Below, piece after piece: positions 44,223 through 53,705 of a DNA stretch of 64,000 bases (the first letter of the stretch is position 1; the number at the start of each line of letters is the position of its first letter). Below the pieces are notes generated by a model. The model was not told the DNA's origin and searched no databases. It worked only from the letters and a program-made list of their open reading frames with translations. This DNA is from Methanotrichaceae archaeon. Its GTDB lineage: Archaea; Halobacteriota; Methanosarcinia; Methanotrichales; Methanotrichaceae. Location: positions 96,001-160,000 of the forward strand of contig CAWEXU010000004.1 of assembly GCA_963813075.1 (NCBI GenBank). Reading direction: 5' to 3'. A program made the position numbers and the translations under genes.

Positions 44223-45934
44223 ATGAATACCATTAAGAAAGGCCAAATAGACAGCGCTAAGGTGGCTATTCGCGAAGTGTTTGCGAATATTTGGTTCGCA
44301 TGCCAGCATCTCAGCGACCCTACGTGTGGGGTAAGGATGAAATTACAGAACTTATCGATGATGTTAAGTATGCCAGTGAACATAATCCAGAAGGGCAATA
44401 TTTCCTTGGATCAATGGTTTTGCGAAAAGCTCCGATGGAGACCGATGCAGTTAGGTTCGAGGAGTATGAAATTCTCGATGGCCAGCAACGCTTAACCACA
44501 CTCTATCTATTATTAGCGAGTATCCGAGATGGGGCTAATGATGAAAAGTTAAAAGAAGCTTGTCGCAAGATGTTATACCAAGAAGAAAATACATGGGAAA
44601 ATATTCCTGGTCGTACTCGTATTATATATAAAGTTCGTGATAATGTAGATAATTTTGTTAAGCGCTTTATTGAATCTGAGTGTGGAACGCAAAGCTCTGA
44701 CCTAGAAGAGTTCGAGAAAAGCAAAATTTTATCACTTGCAAATATGGCCCAGGGTTTGCGCACTATTAGAGAGTGCTTTAGTGACTCAGAGCGCTTTAAA
44801 GATGAAGCATCGTTGGGCCGCTTTGTCAAATACTTGTTAAATAATGCATTATTTATCTATGTTGTTACCCAAAGACCTACGATAATACTTTCCGACTCTT
44901 TACTATCCTTAATGACGGGGTATTCCTTTGTCAAGCAGCGACATTCTTAAAGCCCGCAATTTGGGAGCACTGAATAATCCAAAAGAGAAATACAAATGGG
45001 CTGAATATTGGGAGGAGATAGGAGAATCTTGGTCGAGTTGAGATTGATAAGGCTTTTAGCTTTAGTACGTACCATTTATGTTAAAGACAAAGCCCGCGAG
45101 AGTTTGCTCAAGGAGTTCAATGAGCGAATATAGTTGGCCAAGCCGCCATTGCTATCACTTGGGGAAGAAACATTTAAGGCTGTAAAGGAGTACAAGACAT
45201 CCTACGATGAGGCTATTCTGCTGAATTCAACTTTTTCAGCCTCTCTAGGCCATGAATATAATAATCGCATTAGCATTATGCGGCATGGCTTGCCTTCTAC
45301 TGACTGGATTCCTCCTGTGCTAGCCTGGTATCGTAAGTTCAAGATAAATGGTTTGCTGAGACTAGTAAAGCGCCTTGATAATAAGTTTTCTGCTGATTGG
45401 ATATTGCAGCTTACGCCAACACAGCGCATTCAGAATATGAACGATGTTCTGAAAATAATCGAGCAGGCGAAAATCCCGAATGATGTGCTAAATGCACCGG
45501 TTTTTTTATATGATCGTGATCAATTGATTGCTTCGCTAGATGGTGCCATTTATGGGAGGCGCTTCGCTAAGTATACGCTACTAAGGCTAGAAAATCTGAA
45601 TTGGGATCAGCTACCATCAGATCTTAATCTACCAGATGAGTTAAGCGTAGAGCACATCATGCCTCAAAATCCGGCCGAAAAAAGCCAATGGGTGAATGAT
45701 TTCAAAGGAGAGCAGGAGCGTTGGTTACATCGCCTGGGAAATCTCATGCTATTATCTCGTCGCAAAATCACTCGCTGAGCAATCTCGTTTCAGAAAAGAA
45801 GGATCAGCTATTTCAAGGATCATGTGGACCCTTTGCCAAATTCAGTTCGTGTAATGAACCTTCAATGTTTGATCCCATCAACGCTCAGAGCAAGACATCA
45901 TGACCTTTTGGAGAGATTGCATAACTCGTATTGA
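44223..45934 (+). pseudogene. DUF262-DUF1524 (GmrSD-like type IV restriction) gene, multiply frameshifted
   Basis: 'QRPYVW', 'YFLGSMV', 'ILDGQQRLTT', 'SVEHIMPQNP', 'LGNLMLL'; several frame changes. Confidence 0.85.
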
Positions 45935-46339
45935 TTGCCTCGCAAAAATATCGGAATAATCTTTGAATACCATTTGCCTTGTAGATTGTTCCAAGCCTAG
46001 GCTAAGTTTAGGGGCCGGAGAGGCAATCACAACATAAAGCAAGCCTCTTAGGAGCCCAATGATTCAGGCAGATCCAGTGGTGTTAGCTGAAGATCCTCGT
46101 TCCTGCGACATCGTCGAACTCCTTAATCCCCTGGCCCGCAGATTTGGCAGACCTCGCAATCTAGGACATTGATCTTTACATCATTTGCGCAGCACTATTT
46201 ACATAATCTGGCTCTGTATCGATCTTCCAAGGGCCACGAAGCTTTATGACGGCTCTGAGGCCCGGAGCATTGTTCTTTAAGAATCCATACGGTTATGGCT
46301 GACCTCGGCAGCAACTGGCAAAATGAAGCATCCGCAGTC

Positions 46340-47433
46340 TCAATATAGCGCGTGATCTCATGCAGGTAATGGCGGTGCGAATCGATTATCGCGGCCCAAT
46401 TAGCGCATAGCTGATTGGAGCAACGATTGCTTCATGCTTTCTCAGTATCCATGACTGAAACAGACCATGGGCCTCAGGACAGCGGCTCATCGTGGCAGAT
46501 GAATCGAAATGTATCGACGTCATCATCTCGACCCACATGCGAAAAATCGTGATCCAGTTGAGACTGAGGCTGCTGCACTTCTGGCAACCAACCGGAATTT
46601 TATCAATGACTAAAAAGTCGTGGCCCCAGCCCGCCTGGCGAATACTATAATAATTATAAATCCGTGGGCAATCTCGTTTAAAATATGAATATCATGCTGC
46701 CTTTTCGTTCTGCATCCGAGAAGATTCATATCATTACCACCCAGACCCTTCAACGGCTTGCCTCCAATTGTATCCAAGCCACCCCGGCGTTGAGGGGACC
46801 AGGGCATTAGCGCGGGAGGCCGCAGGCCGACTCGCGGCGTGCACAAAAAAAACAGTCTGTGTAGATCAATCCTAGCCTTGATAACAGCCCTGGATTCGAG
46901 AACTCAACTATGCAGGCAGTCGAGATCTTTCGAGCCTCATAAAGCAGTTCAAGACTTTGGCCAGGCCCACCCGGAGAATTTTCGCTTTAATATATCACAA
47001 TCCAAAACCACCGACGGCTTATTCTTACCTCTCTGATTTAAGGGGCCCCCTTTGCCTGCCACCCGAAAGGCCGACTCGCGGCGTGCACACAAAAAAACAG
47101 TCTGTATAGATCAATCCTAGCCTTGATAACAGCCCTGGATTCGAGAACTCAACTATGCAGACAGTCGAGATCTTTCGAGCCTCATAAAAGCAGTTCAAAC
47201 TTCTGGCCAGGCCCGCCTGGAGAATTTTTCCTTTAATATATCACAATCAAAAACCATCGACTGCTTATTCTGATCTCCCTGGCTTTGAGGGACCCTATTT
47301 GCCTGCGTCCCGGAAGGCCGGCTCGCGGCGACCCGTAAGAATTTGCAGCCGCTTTCCATGCAAGCACAGTCCAGGGCGCCGGCTATGCCCTTCAAGCCGG
47401 TTCGTTGGATGTCAATTTTTGTCCATAATTCTT
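46340..47433. repeat. Modular non-coding repeat, copy 1 (block A, two ~245-bp X units, blocks B and D)
   Basis: Aligns by eye to 51670-52455 and 49477-49615/50000-50049; internal tandem duplication 46825-47068 / 47069-47315. Confidence 0.92.
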
Positions 47434-47671
47434 TTACAGATCGCTTCACCATCCCCACAGCCTCTTGGCCTTCCCATCAGCTCCGTTCCCCCAAGCAGCG
47501 CATCCGCCCCCTCCTGCACCATCCGCTGGCATCCTCCGGGCTATGCACTCCGCTCTCCGCCACCAGGAACATCCCGCCTCTCGTGCCCGCGTCGCCAGCC
47601 GCTCGAAGGTCTCCAGGTCTACATCCAATGTCTACAGGTTGCGATTGTTGATGCCGATGATACGGGCATCT
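47434..47671 (-). pseudogene. Orphan trpC 3'-end copy 1
   Basis: Matches trpC 53706-53941 (ARIIGINNRNL..DVDLETFERLA..AESGVHSPEDA..) with indels. Confidence 0.92.
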
Positions 47672-47764
47672 AAGCCAATGACATTCGGTCCAGTCTGATT
47701 TTGCGAAAGTTACATGTAGAAAAAGCAATATAGCTCAATTCTGAGAAGTTATGGTGGATTTGCT

Positions 47765-47992
47765 TTGAGCATAATGAGAGGCGTAAGCGGCAAAGATGCC
47801 ATTAAAGTCTTCATTAAAGCGGGCGGAATTATGCGTCAGGGCAAAGGCGACCACGTCAACATCAAGATGCCTAACGGCCAAATCATAACTGTTCCTGTCT
47901 CCGGGGATCTCAAGATAGGTCTTCTTAAATCGGCAATAAGAAAAGCAGGCCTCGATGATGAGGATTTCCTCAAGCTCTTGAAGGGTGATTGA
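47765..47992 (+). CDS. hicA: HicA family toxin
   Basis: 'VSGKDAIKVF..RQGKGDHV..ITVPV..DLKIGLLKSAIRKAGL'. Confidence 0.9.
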   Translation: MSIMRGVSGKDAIKVFIKAGGIMRQGKGDHVNIKMPNGQIITVPVSGDLKIGLLKSAIRKAGLDDEDFLKLLKGD

Positions 47993-47994
47993 TT

Positions 47995-48216
47995 ATGGAT
48001 TATACGATTCTGATACATCAAGCAGAGGAAGGCGGCTTTTGGTCCGAGGTTCCAGTTCTGCCAGGCTGTTACTCTCAAGGTGAGAGCATCGATGAAACCC
48101 TGAAAAATACCAAAGAGGCGATTGAAGCCCATCTGTTGGCTTTGAGGGAGGACCAGGTTGCAGCCCCGATCGAAGAGGGCCTTTTCATAGGCAGGATCCA
48201 GGTAGAGGTAGCATAG
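47995..48216 (+). CDS. hicB: HicB family antitoxin
   Basis: 'YTILIHQAEEGGFWSEVPVLPGCYSQGESIDETLKNTKEAI'. Confidence 0.9.
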   Translation: MDYTILIHQAEEGGFWSEVPVLPGCYSQGESIDETLKNTKEAIEAHLLALREDQVAAPIEEGLFIGRIQVEVA

Positions 48217-48228
48217 AGGATATCTTGG

Positions 48229-48444
48229 ATGGCTAAATACACGATAATCATTGAGAAGGGCGAGGGTAATTACTCCGCATACTGCCCGGATCTCCCTGGC
48301 GTGGTTTCAGCAGGCATTACCGAGGAGGAGACGGCAGAACTGATGAAAGAGGCGATACAGGTGCATCTGGAAGGGCTGAAGGAGGATAGGATACCGATTC
48401 CAAAGCCAACGATCTCTGCAAGATACGTAGAGGTCGTGATATGA
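48229..48444 (+). CDS. hicB: Second HicB family antitoxin
   Basis: 'YTIIIEKGEGNYSAYCPDLPGVVSAGITEEETAELMKEAI'. Confidence 0.88.
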   Translation: MAKYTIIIEKGEGNYSAYCPDLPGVVSAGITEEETAELMKEAIQVHLEGLKEDRIPIPKPTISARYVEVVI

Positions 48445-48563
48445 AGGGCGTCGTTGCGCCCTGTGCTTGCCAAAACAGCCAGCTCATAACCATTCCTGTC
48501 TCCGGGGACCTCAATATAGGTCTCCTCGAATCGGCAATAAGAGACTTTGAGGACGCTCTATAA
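48441..48563 (+). pseudogene. Degenerate partial hicA copy
   Basis: 'NSQLITIPVSGDLNIGLLESAIR' vs hicA 'NGQIITVPVSGDLKIGLLKSAIR'; N-terminal half with the conserved His absent. Confidence 0.8.
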
Positions 48564-48619
48564 GTCTGCAGCTTAACCGCCATCATTCTGCAGGCCGCGA
48601 CCATAAGCCGCGCCCCCAA

Positions 48620-48685
48620 ACATAGCGCAGGAGGTCAGCAGGACAACTCGCGGCGTGCACTTAAAAAAAGCCTGCATGGATTAGT
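48620..48685. repeat. Short fragment of the modular repeat around the junction motif
   Basis: CATAGCGCAGGAGGTCAGCAGGACAACTCGCGGCGTGCACTTAAAAAAAG vs CATTAGCGCGGGAGGCCAGCAGGCCGACTCGCGGCGTGCACAAAAAAAAC at ~52134. Confidence 0.8.
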
Positions 48686-48746
48686 ATTTCCATTGATCTC
48701 ATTCTTTCATAAGTCTTATATGTCTCCTGAGCAATCTATTATTATA

Positions 48747-49019
48747 ATGAGCGCAAGAGCAGTTGACGATGCACAACTCATCATTAAGAGATCCCTGGAA
48801 AGAGAAATAAGCCTCCTTGATATGAAGATGAGGTTATCCGAGAATGAAATTCGAGAGTTCGAAGAGCGATATGGGATGGACTCTCATAAATTCTTGTCTA
48901 AATTCGAAAGCGGAGAGATGGGCGATTCTCAAGACTTCTTTGAGTGGTGGGGTCTATTGAGGGGCAGGGATGCAATTGCACATGAGATACAAAAGGCAAA
49001 AGCGGTGCTCTCCCTTTGA
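48747..49019 (+). CDS. Putative antitoxin paired with DUF6516
   Basis: 'EIREFEERYGMDSHKFLSKFESGEMGDSQDFFEW' motif; overlaps next gene by 4 nt. Confidence 0.75.
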   Translation: MSARAVDDAQLIIKRSLEREISLLDMKMRLSENEIREFEERYGMDSHKFLSKFESGEMGDSQDFFEWWGLLRGRDAIAHEIQKAKAVLSL

Positions 49020-49381
49020 TCTCTGATTATTTTAGAATAGTTGAGTTCAGATTAATAGATGCAGAAATAATTGCGGATAAAAAGGTCAGTTACAGCGAAT
49101 TCAGTCCTGATCAAGGCATGCTGCGCGGAAGGTTGCTCTTTGTCGACGGATCAACTCTGGAGTTCATGGAGTATCTTCACAGAGACCAGCGGCTAAAATA
49201 TAGATTTCACTTAATAGATAAGAAAGGGCAGATGGTATTTCGATATGATAATGCCCCACATCACGAGAACTCCACCTTTCCCCATCACAAGCATATTGCC
49301 AATGATATTTTGGAATCCGAAGAGAGAGGAATTTTGGATATACTCAGGGAAATAGAACATCTGATATGTAAGAGTGTTTGA
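49016..49381 (+). CDS. DUF6516 (TumE-like) TA-associated protein
   Basis: 'GRLLFVDGSTLEFMEY..KYRFH..VFRYDNAPHH..STFPHHKH'. Confidence 0.8.
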   Translation: MISDYFRIVEFRLIDAEIIADKKVSYSEFSPDQGMLRGRLLFVDGSTLEFMEYLHRDQRLKYRFHLIDKKGQMVFRYDNAPHHENSTFPHHKHIANDILESEERGILDILREIEHLICKSV

Positions 49382-49476
49382 GTATATGCTCCCTGCCTAA
49401 GCACATAATCATGGATTATAGGGGACATAAGGCCGTATGGATGCCAGAATGAGAATATCGACTTAGGATTAATTAC

Positions 49477-50049
49477 ACCCTAAACGGCTAGCCTCCAATT
49501 GTATCCAAGCCACCCCGGCGTTGAGGGGGCCTCGTTGGCCGCGGCCAGCAGGCCGACTCGCGGCGCCCCGTAAGAATGTGCAGCCGCGGTCCATGCAAGT
49601 ACAGGCCAGGCGCTATGTTTATTTTCTTCAATTCTATATAGTTTATTATACAGCTTATATATTTTTCTTTTTAGATCCCATATGGATGTTACACGCTATG
49701 AGCGAGGTGTTCCCACTCAGGCTTGCGGCCCGCCTAAATCAGAGGACTCGGGAAAAATCTATAAAAAACTCACTCCTATAGAAGGTGACTGGCCCATCCT
49801 TTGAAGATGATAGGCCGGGAAGGTTATTATATCCTTGATGAATCGATTATCCCTAGAGACGATGATTTCAAAAGTAGTTGCTGCAAAAAATTGCCCCACT
49901 GAATCGGATGATATAGCGCATGTCAATTCATTTATAGAAAGTCTTAACGATGATGATATAAAGGAATTGATCGGGGACGGCTTAAACAGGGCACCGACCA
50001 GCCCCTTCAAGCCGATTCGCTAGACATCAAATATTATGCCATAATTCTT
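49477..50049. repeat. Modular non-coding repeat, copy 2 (end of A, no X unit, blocks B, C, D)
   Basis: 49477-49615 matches 46745-46839 joined to 47330-47385; 49615-49920 matches 52455-52762; 50000-50049 matches 47385-47433. Confidence 0.9.
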
Positions 50050-50168
50050 TTACAGGTCGCTTCACGATCCCCCAACCTCTCGGGCCTCCCATCAGCTCCG
50101 TTCCCACCAGCAGGACATCCGCCCCCCCCGCTTGCACCATCCAATAAGTATCCTGCAGGCGGTGCATG
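50050..50168 (-). pseudogene. Orphan trpC 3'-end copy 2
   Basis: CCCATCAGCTCCGTTCCCACCAGCAG..ATCCGCCCC..GCACCATCC matches trpC 53745-53820. Confidence 0.88.
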
Positions 50169-50224
50169 CAGCCAAAGCTTAATTAATGATCTCCACCATT
50201 CTTAAGAGAAGAGGATGAATTAAA

Positions 50225-50485
50225 ATGGGTGCAAGAACCCTCAAGATCCCGGAAGAGATAGTAAATGCCCTCCGAATTCCTCCTGATGATGTGGAGGGGG
50301 AGCTTTACAAAGAGCTGGCTATTGCACTCTATCAGCGAGGGATGCTATCTTCTGGATATGCCTCTACCCTCTGCGGCTTGACCCGCTTTCAGTTTGAGGA
50401 TCTTTTAGGCAGGCGAAAAGCGCTGCGCCACTATGGAGACGCTGAACTGGAAGAGGATCTTGAATATGGCCGGCGCAGTGAGTGA
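50225..50485 (+). CDS. UPF0175 family antitoxin; cognate toxin truncated after a few codons
   Basis: 'ELYKELAIALYQRGMLSSGYASTLCGLTRFQFEDLL..RHY..ELEEDL'; overlapping 'MAGAVSD' start at 50466 does not continue as a PIN protein. Confidence 0.85.
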   Translation: MGARTLKIPEEIVNALRIPPDDVEGELYKELAIALYQRGMLSSGYASTLCGLTRFQFEDLLGRRKALRHYGDAELEEDLEYGRRSE

Positions 50486-50606
50486 CTTTTTGACTCAGAT
50501 ATACCCGACAATGATTGGGCTCTTTAATCCTCCTGTGAATGGAGGTCGATCCCCATGCAAATCAGATTCTTCTCCATCCTCTGCACCAAAAAATGGTGCC
50601 GTGAAT

Positions 50607-50780
50607 CGTAATCGGTTGATCTCCCCCAGCCTCTGGGGCCCCGCCATCAGCTCCGTTCCCCCACCAGCAGTGCATCCGCCCCCGCCTGCACCATCCGCCT
50701 GGCGTCCTTCGGGCTGTGCACCCCGCACTCTGCTACCAGGAATACCCCGCCTCTGCCCTCGGCAGAGCAGTCGCCTAAGC
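50607..50780 (-). pseudogene. Orphan trpC 3'-end copy 3
   Basis: Encodes ..GTELMAGPQRLGEINRL vs trpC GTELMAGPERLGEINRL; upstream part frameshifted. Confidence 0.92.
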
Positions 50781-51074
50781 CAGGCATGGGATTTTCCGCA
50801 GAGACAGACAATTATATACGTGTTATATTTTAGATTGATGGCCAAGTCAAAAAATAGTATGTGTTTAGCTCCTGAGAATTGGTCCATGTAAGCTGATTTA
50901 TTGGTTAACAAGCATAATGAATCGATCTATCCGAGATTCAAAAAACGACATCTATCGACTAAATTACCTGAAATCAGCTCTCAGAAATCGGCTGCGCAGG
51001 AATCTAAAAAGGGGTTTATTGATATTGATTTCAATGAGGTAAACACATACAAAAAATATAATCTGGCCCAGCAT

Positions 51075-51572
51075 TCATCCGGGGCAGCTTACATCGACTG
51101 TGACCTCGGCCTCAGATGAGCACGCATTATCCGGACCGCACAAGGAGTACACGAAGGTGCATGTGCCGCAATAATTTGGGGCGGGGGTAAAAGTGCAGAT
51201 TCCTCCCAAGACCCCTGATTTCGAGACCACGCTACCGCATGATGGCTGATGAAAGGCCAAACCATAACCCAATTCGGTCTTGACCTGGTCGTTTAAAATC
51301 AAGTCAATGTCTACGGGTGTATTCATGGTTGTGGAGGCGACGTCGTCCACTGCAACGACAACTGGTGCATTTACACATTGTCCAGGTTTAGTGCTCATAT
51401 CACAAGTATCAATAGTACATGGATTACTATCATCACATTGTGCATCATTTCCGCATTGGCCAAAGATTCCCGTATTTGCGGCGTGGCCTTGGCGTTCGCC
51501 AGTAGGTTTTACAGCCATTACCACAGATGCAAGCAAGAGAACTGCAGCTAATATTATTAACAATTTCTTCAT
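51075..51572 (-). CDS. Secreted Cys-rich protein with Ig-like domain
   Basis: MKKLL signal peptide at 51572; 'CDDSNPCTIDTC' repeat; 'AVDDVASTTMNTPVDID..ND..FTPAPNYCG..F.Y' Ig-like signature. Confidence 0.8.
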   Translation of the reverse strand: MKKLLIILAAVLLLASVVMAVKPTGERQGHAANTGIFGQCGNDAQCDDSNPCTIDTCDMSTKPGQCVNAPVVVAVDDVASTTMNTPVDIDLILNDQVKTELGYGLAFHQPSCGSVVSKSGVLGGICTFTPAPNYCGTCTFVYSLCGPDNACSSEAEVTVDVSCPG

Positions 51573-51669
51573 GTTATTTCCTCTTGATTCGAAGATGTCA
51601 CTATTAGATATTAAGGATATTGGAGCAAAATAAGATCTTTTTCTCTCTTTATCTTTTTTATCCACTTCT

Positions 51670-52762
51670 CAAAATGGATGTGGGATCTCTTACAGGCAAT
51701 GGCAGTGTAAATTGATCACCCCGGCCCGATTGGGGCATCGTTGAGTGGAGCGACAATTGCTTCATGTTTTCTTAGTATCCAGACTTAAAAAGATCATGAG
51801 CCACAGGACAGCGGCTCATTTCTGGAAGATGAAATCGAAAAGCATCGACTTTATCATTTCAAACTGCATGGGAAAATCTTGTCTCAATTGAGATTGAAGC
51901 TGCCGCATTTCTGGTAAACGACAAGAATATTTCTCATTGGCAAAAAATTATGGCTCCTAGCCCGCCTGGCGAATACTATACTAAGTATAAATTCGGTATA
52001 ATCTCGTTCTAACTCGAATCTCATGCCGCTCTTTTCATTCTACATCCGAGAATACTCATATCATTACCTCCCAGAACCTTCAACCGCCAGAGCAAGTGTA
52101 TCCAAGCCACCCCGGCGTTGAGGGGGCCCAGGACATTAGCGCGGGAGGCCAGCAGGCCGACTCGCGGCGTGCACAAAAAAAACAGTCCGTGTAGATCAAT
52201 CCTAGTCTTGATAACAGCCTGGATTGGAGAACTCAACTATGCTGACAGTCGAGATCTTTCGGGCCTGATAAAGCAGTTAAAACTTCTGGCCAGGCCCACC
52301 TGCCGAATTTTTCCTTTAATATATCACAATCCAAAACCATCAACGTCTTATTCTGATCTTGCTTGAGGCCCCCTTTGCCTACCGCTCGAAGGACCGACTC
52401 GCGGCACCCCGTAAGAAAACGCAGCAGCTGTCTATGCAAGCACAGCCGAGGCGCTATATACATTTTTTAATTCTATATAATTTATAACAAAAAAGTATAT
52501 ACCGCTTTTTCCGGATCCCGTGGGGATGTTACATGCTATGAGCGACGTGTGCCCGCTCAAGGCTTGCGGCCCACCTAAAACCGCGGACGCTGGGAATAAT
52601 CATTAAAACCTTTCTCCTTATAGAAGGTGACTGGCTCAATCTTGAAGATGATCGACTTGAAAGGCTTTTATATCATTGATGCAATCACTATTCTTAGAGA
52701 TAATGATTTTAAAAACAGTATATCTAAAAAATTTGCTTCACTGGATCGGATGATATAGCGCA
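51670..52762. repeat. Modular non-coding repeat, copy 3 (block A, one X unit, blocks B and C)
   Basis: Colinear with 46340-47068, 47316-47385 and 49615-49920. Confidence 0.92.
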
Positions 52763-52921
52763 AGCCTATTTTCATGAGCAGCGGCTCGCCCTGGCCATAA
52801 ACCTTACAGTACATATCGATATCATCCACCTAATAGATCCAGATATCCTTAAAATTTTTCAGTATCATCACGAACAGATTCAGCACAATCTTATGAGAAA
52901 TCATTAATAAGACATATATCC

Positions 52922-53581
52922 ATGAAAATCCAATATTTGAGCATGAGAGCAATTTCTATAAATAGGATCGCCATTTTAGCGATATGCCTGGTTCTGCTGC
53001 CGGAATGCATATCCGCAAACGACCAATCATATTCATATCTGGCCGAAGGGGTGAGGCTGATGGATGCAGGATCGTATAGCGAGGCCGTGTCGCAATTTGA
53101 TCAGGCGATCTCGCTTGATCCTGGTGATCCATATGCCCACTACAACAAAGGGTATGCTCTAATGATGCGGGAAGATTATTGGAATGCGCTTTCCTCATTT
53201 AATGCCGCCCTTGAGATCAGTCCGGATATGGGCGACGCGCTGGTGAATAAGGCCGCCTGCCTGATAAGCCTGGCAGAGGCTGGTAAGGTCGAGGATAAAG
53301 TCGCCACATATGGCAAAGCAATTGAAGCCTGTAATGAGGCAATTCAGTTGGATAACAGCAACAAACGCGCCTGGTACAATAGAGGGATGGCATACTGGGG
53401 CCTGGGCGCTTCTAACCCGGATGCCCTGGACCAGGCCTGGGTGGATCTCAATTATGCATACCAGATCGATCCCTCATACTCCGTCGCCCTAAAGGCGCGT
53501 GATCAATTAAATGATTATATGCTTTCTACGGGACATCAGCCCTCGGATGATGGAGGTTTCCAGGGAGGCAAAGGAAACTGA
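52922..53581 (+). CDS. Secreted TPR protein
   Basis: Signal-peptide-like N-terminus, TPR units 'AHYNKGYAL', 'ALVNKAACL', 'AWYNRGMAY'. Confidence 0.85.
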   Translation: MKIQYLSMRAISINRIAILAICLVLLPECISANDQSYSYLAEGVRLMDAGSYSEAVSQFDQAISLDPGDPYAHYNKGYALMMREDYWNALSSFNAALEISPDMGDALVNKAACLISLAEAGKVEDKVATYGKAIEACNEAIQLDNSNKRAWYNRGMAYWGLGASNPDALDQAWVDLNYAYQIDPSYSVALKARDQLNDYMLSTGHQPSDDGGFQGGKGN

Positions 53582-53705
53582 GCACCGCAGAATAAAGTAC
53601 TGCAAAGAAAATGAACGGCAGCACCAGCGGTCTGGAGAGAGCAGTTCCGAAATGAAAGGAATGGCCGGGCTCATAAGAGCAAAAGTAAGGAAAAATGTCA
53701 AGGCA

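Noticed and set aside
46610..52463. Short ORFs inside the repeats (46610..46846, 46839..47036, 47195..47458, 49521..49781, 52021..52236, 52118..52366, 52233..52463) as real genes
   Set aside because: Frames are not preserved between copies, and indels are not multiples of three.
46340..52762. Repeats as a CRISPR array
   Set aside because: The sequence between motif copies is itself repeated and ~245 bp long, not unique 30-40 bp spacers; no cas genes are present.
40050..53700. Island as a prophage, ICE or classical integron
   Set aside because: No integrase, capsid, terminase, replication or conjugation genes were recognised, and no tRNA att site.
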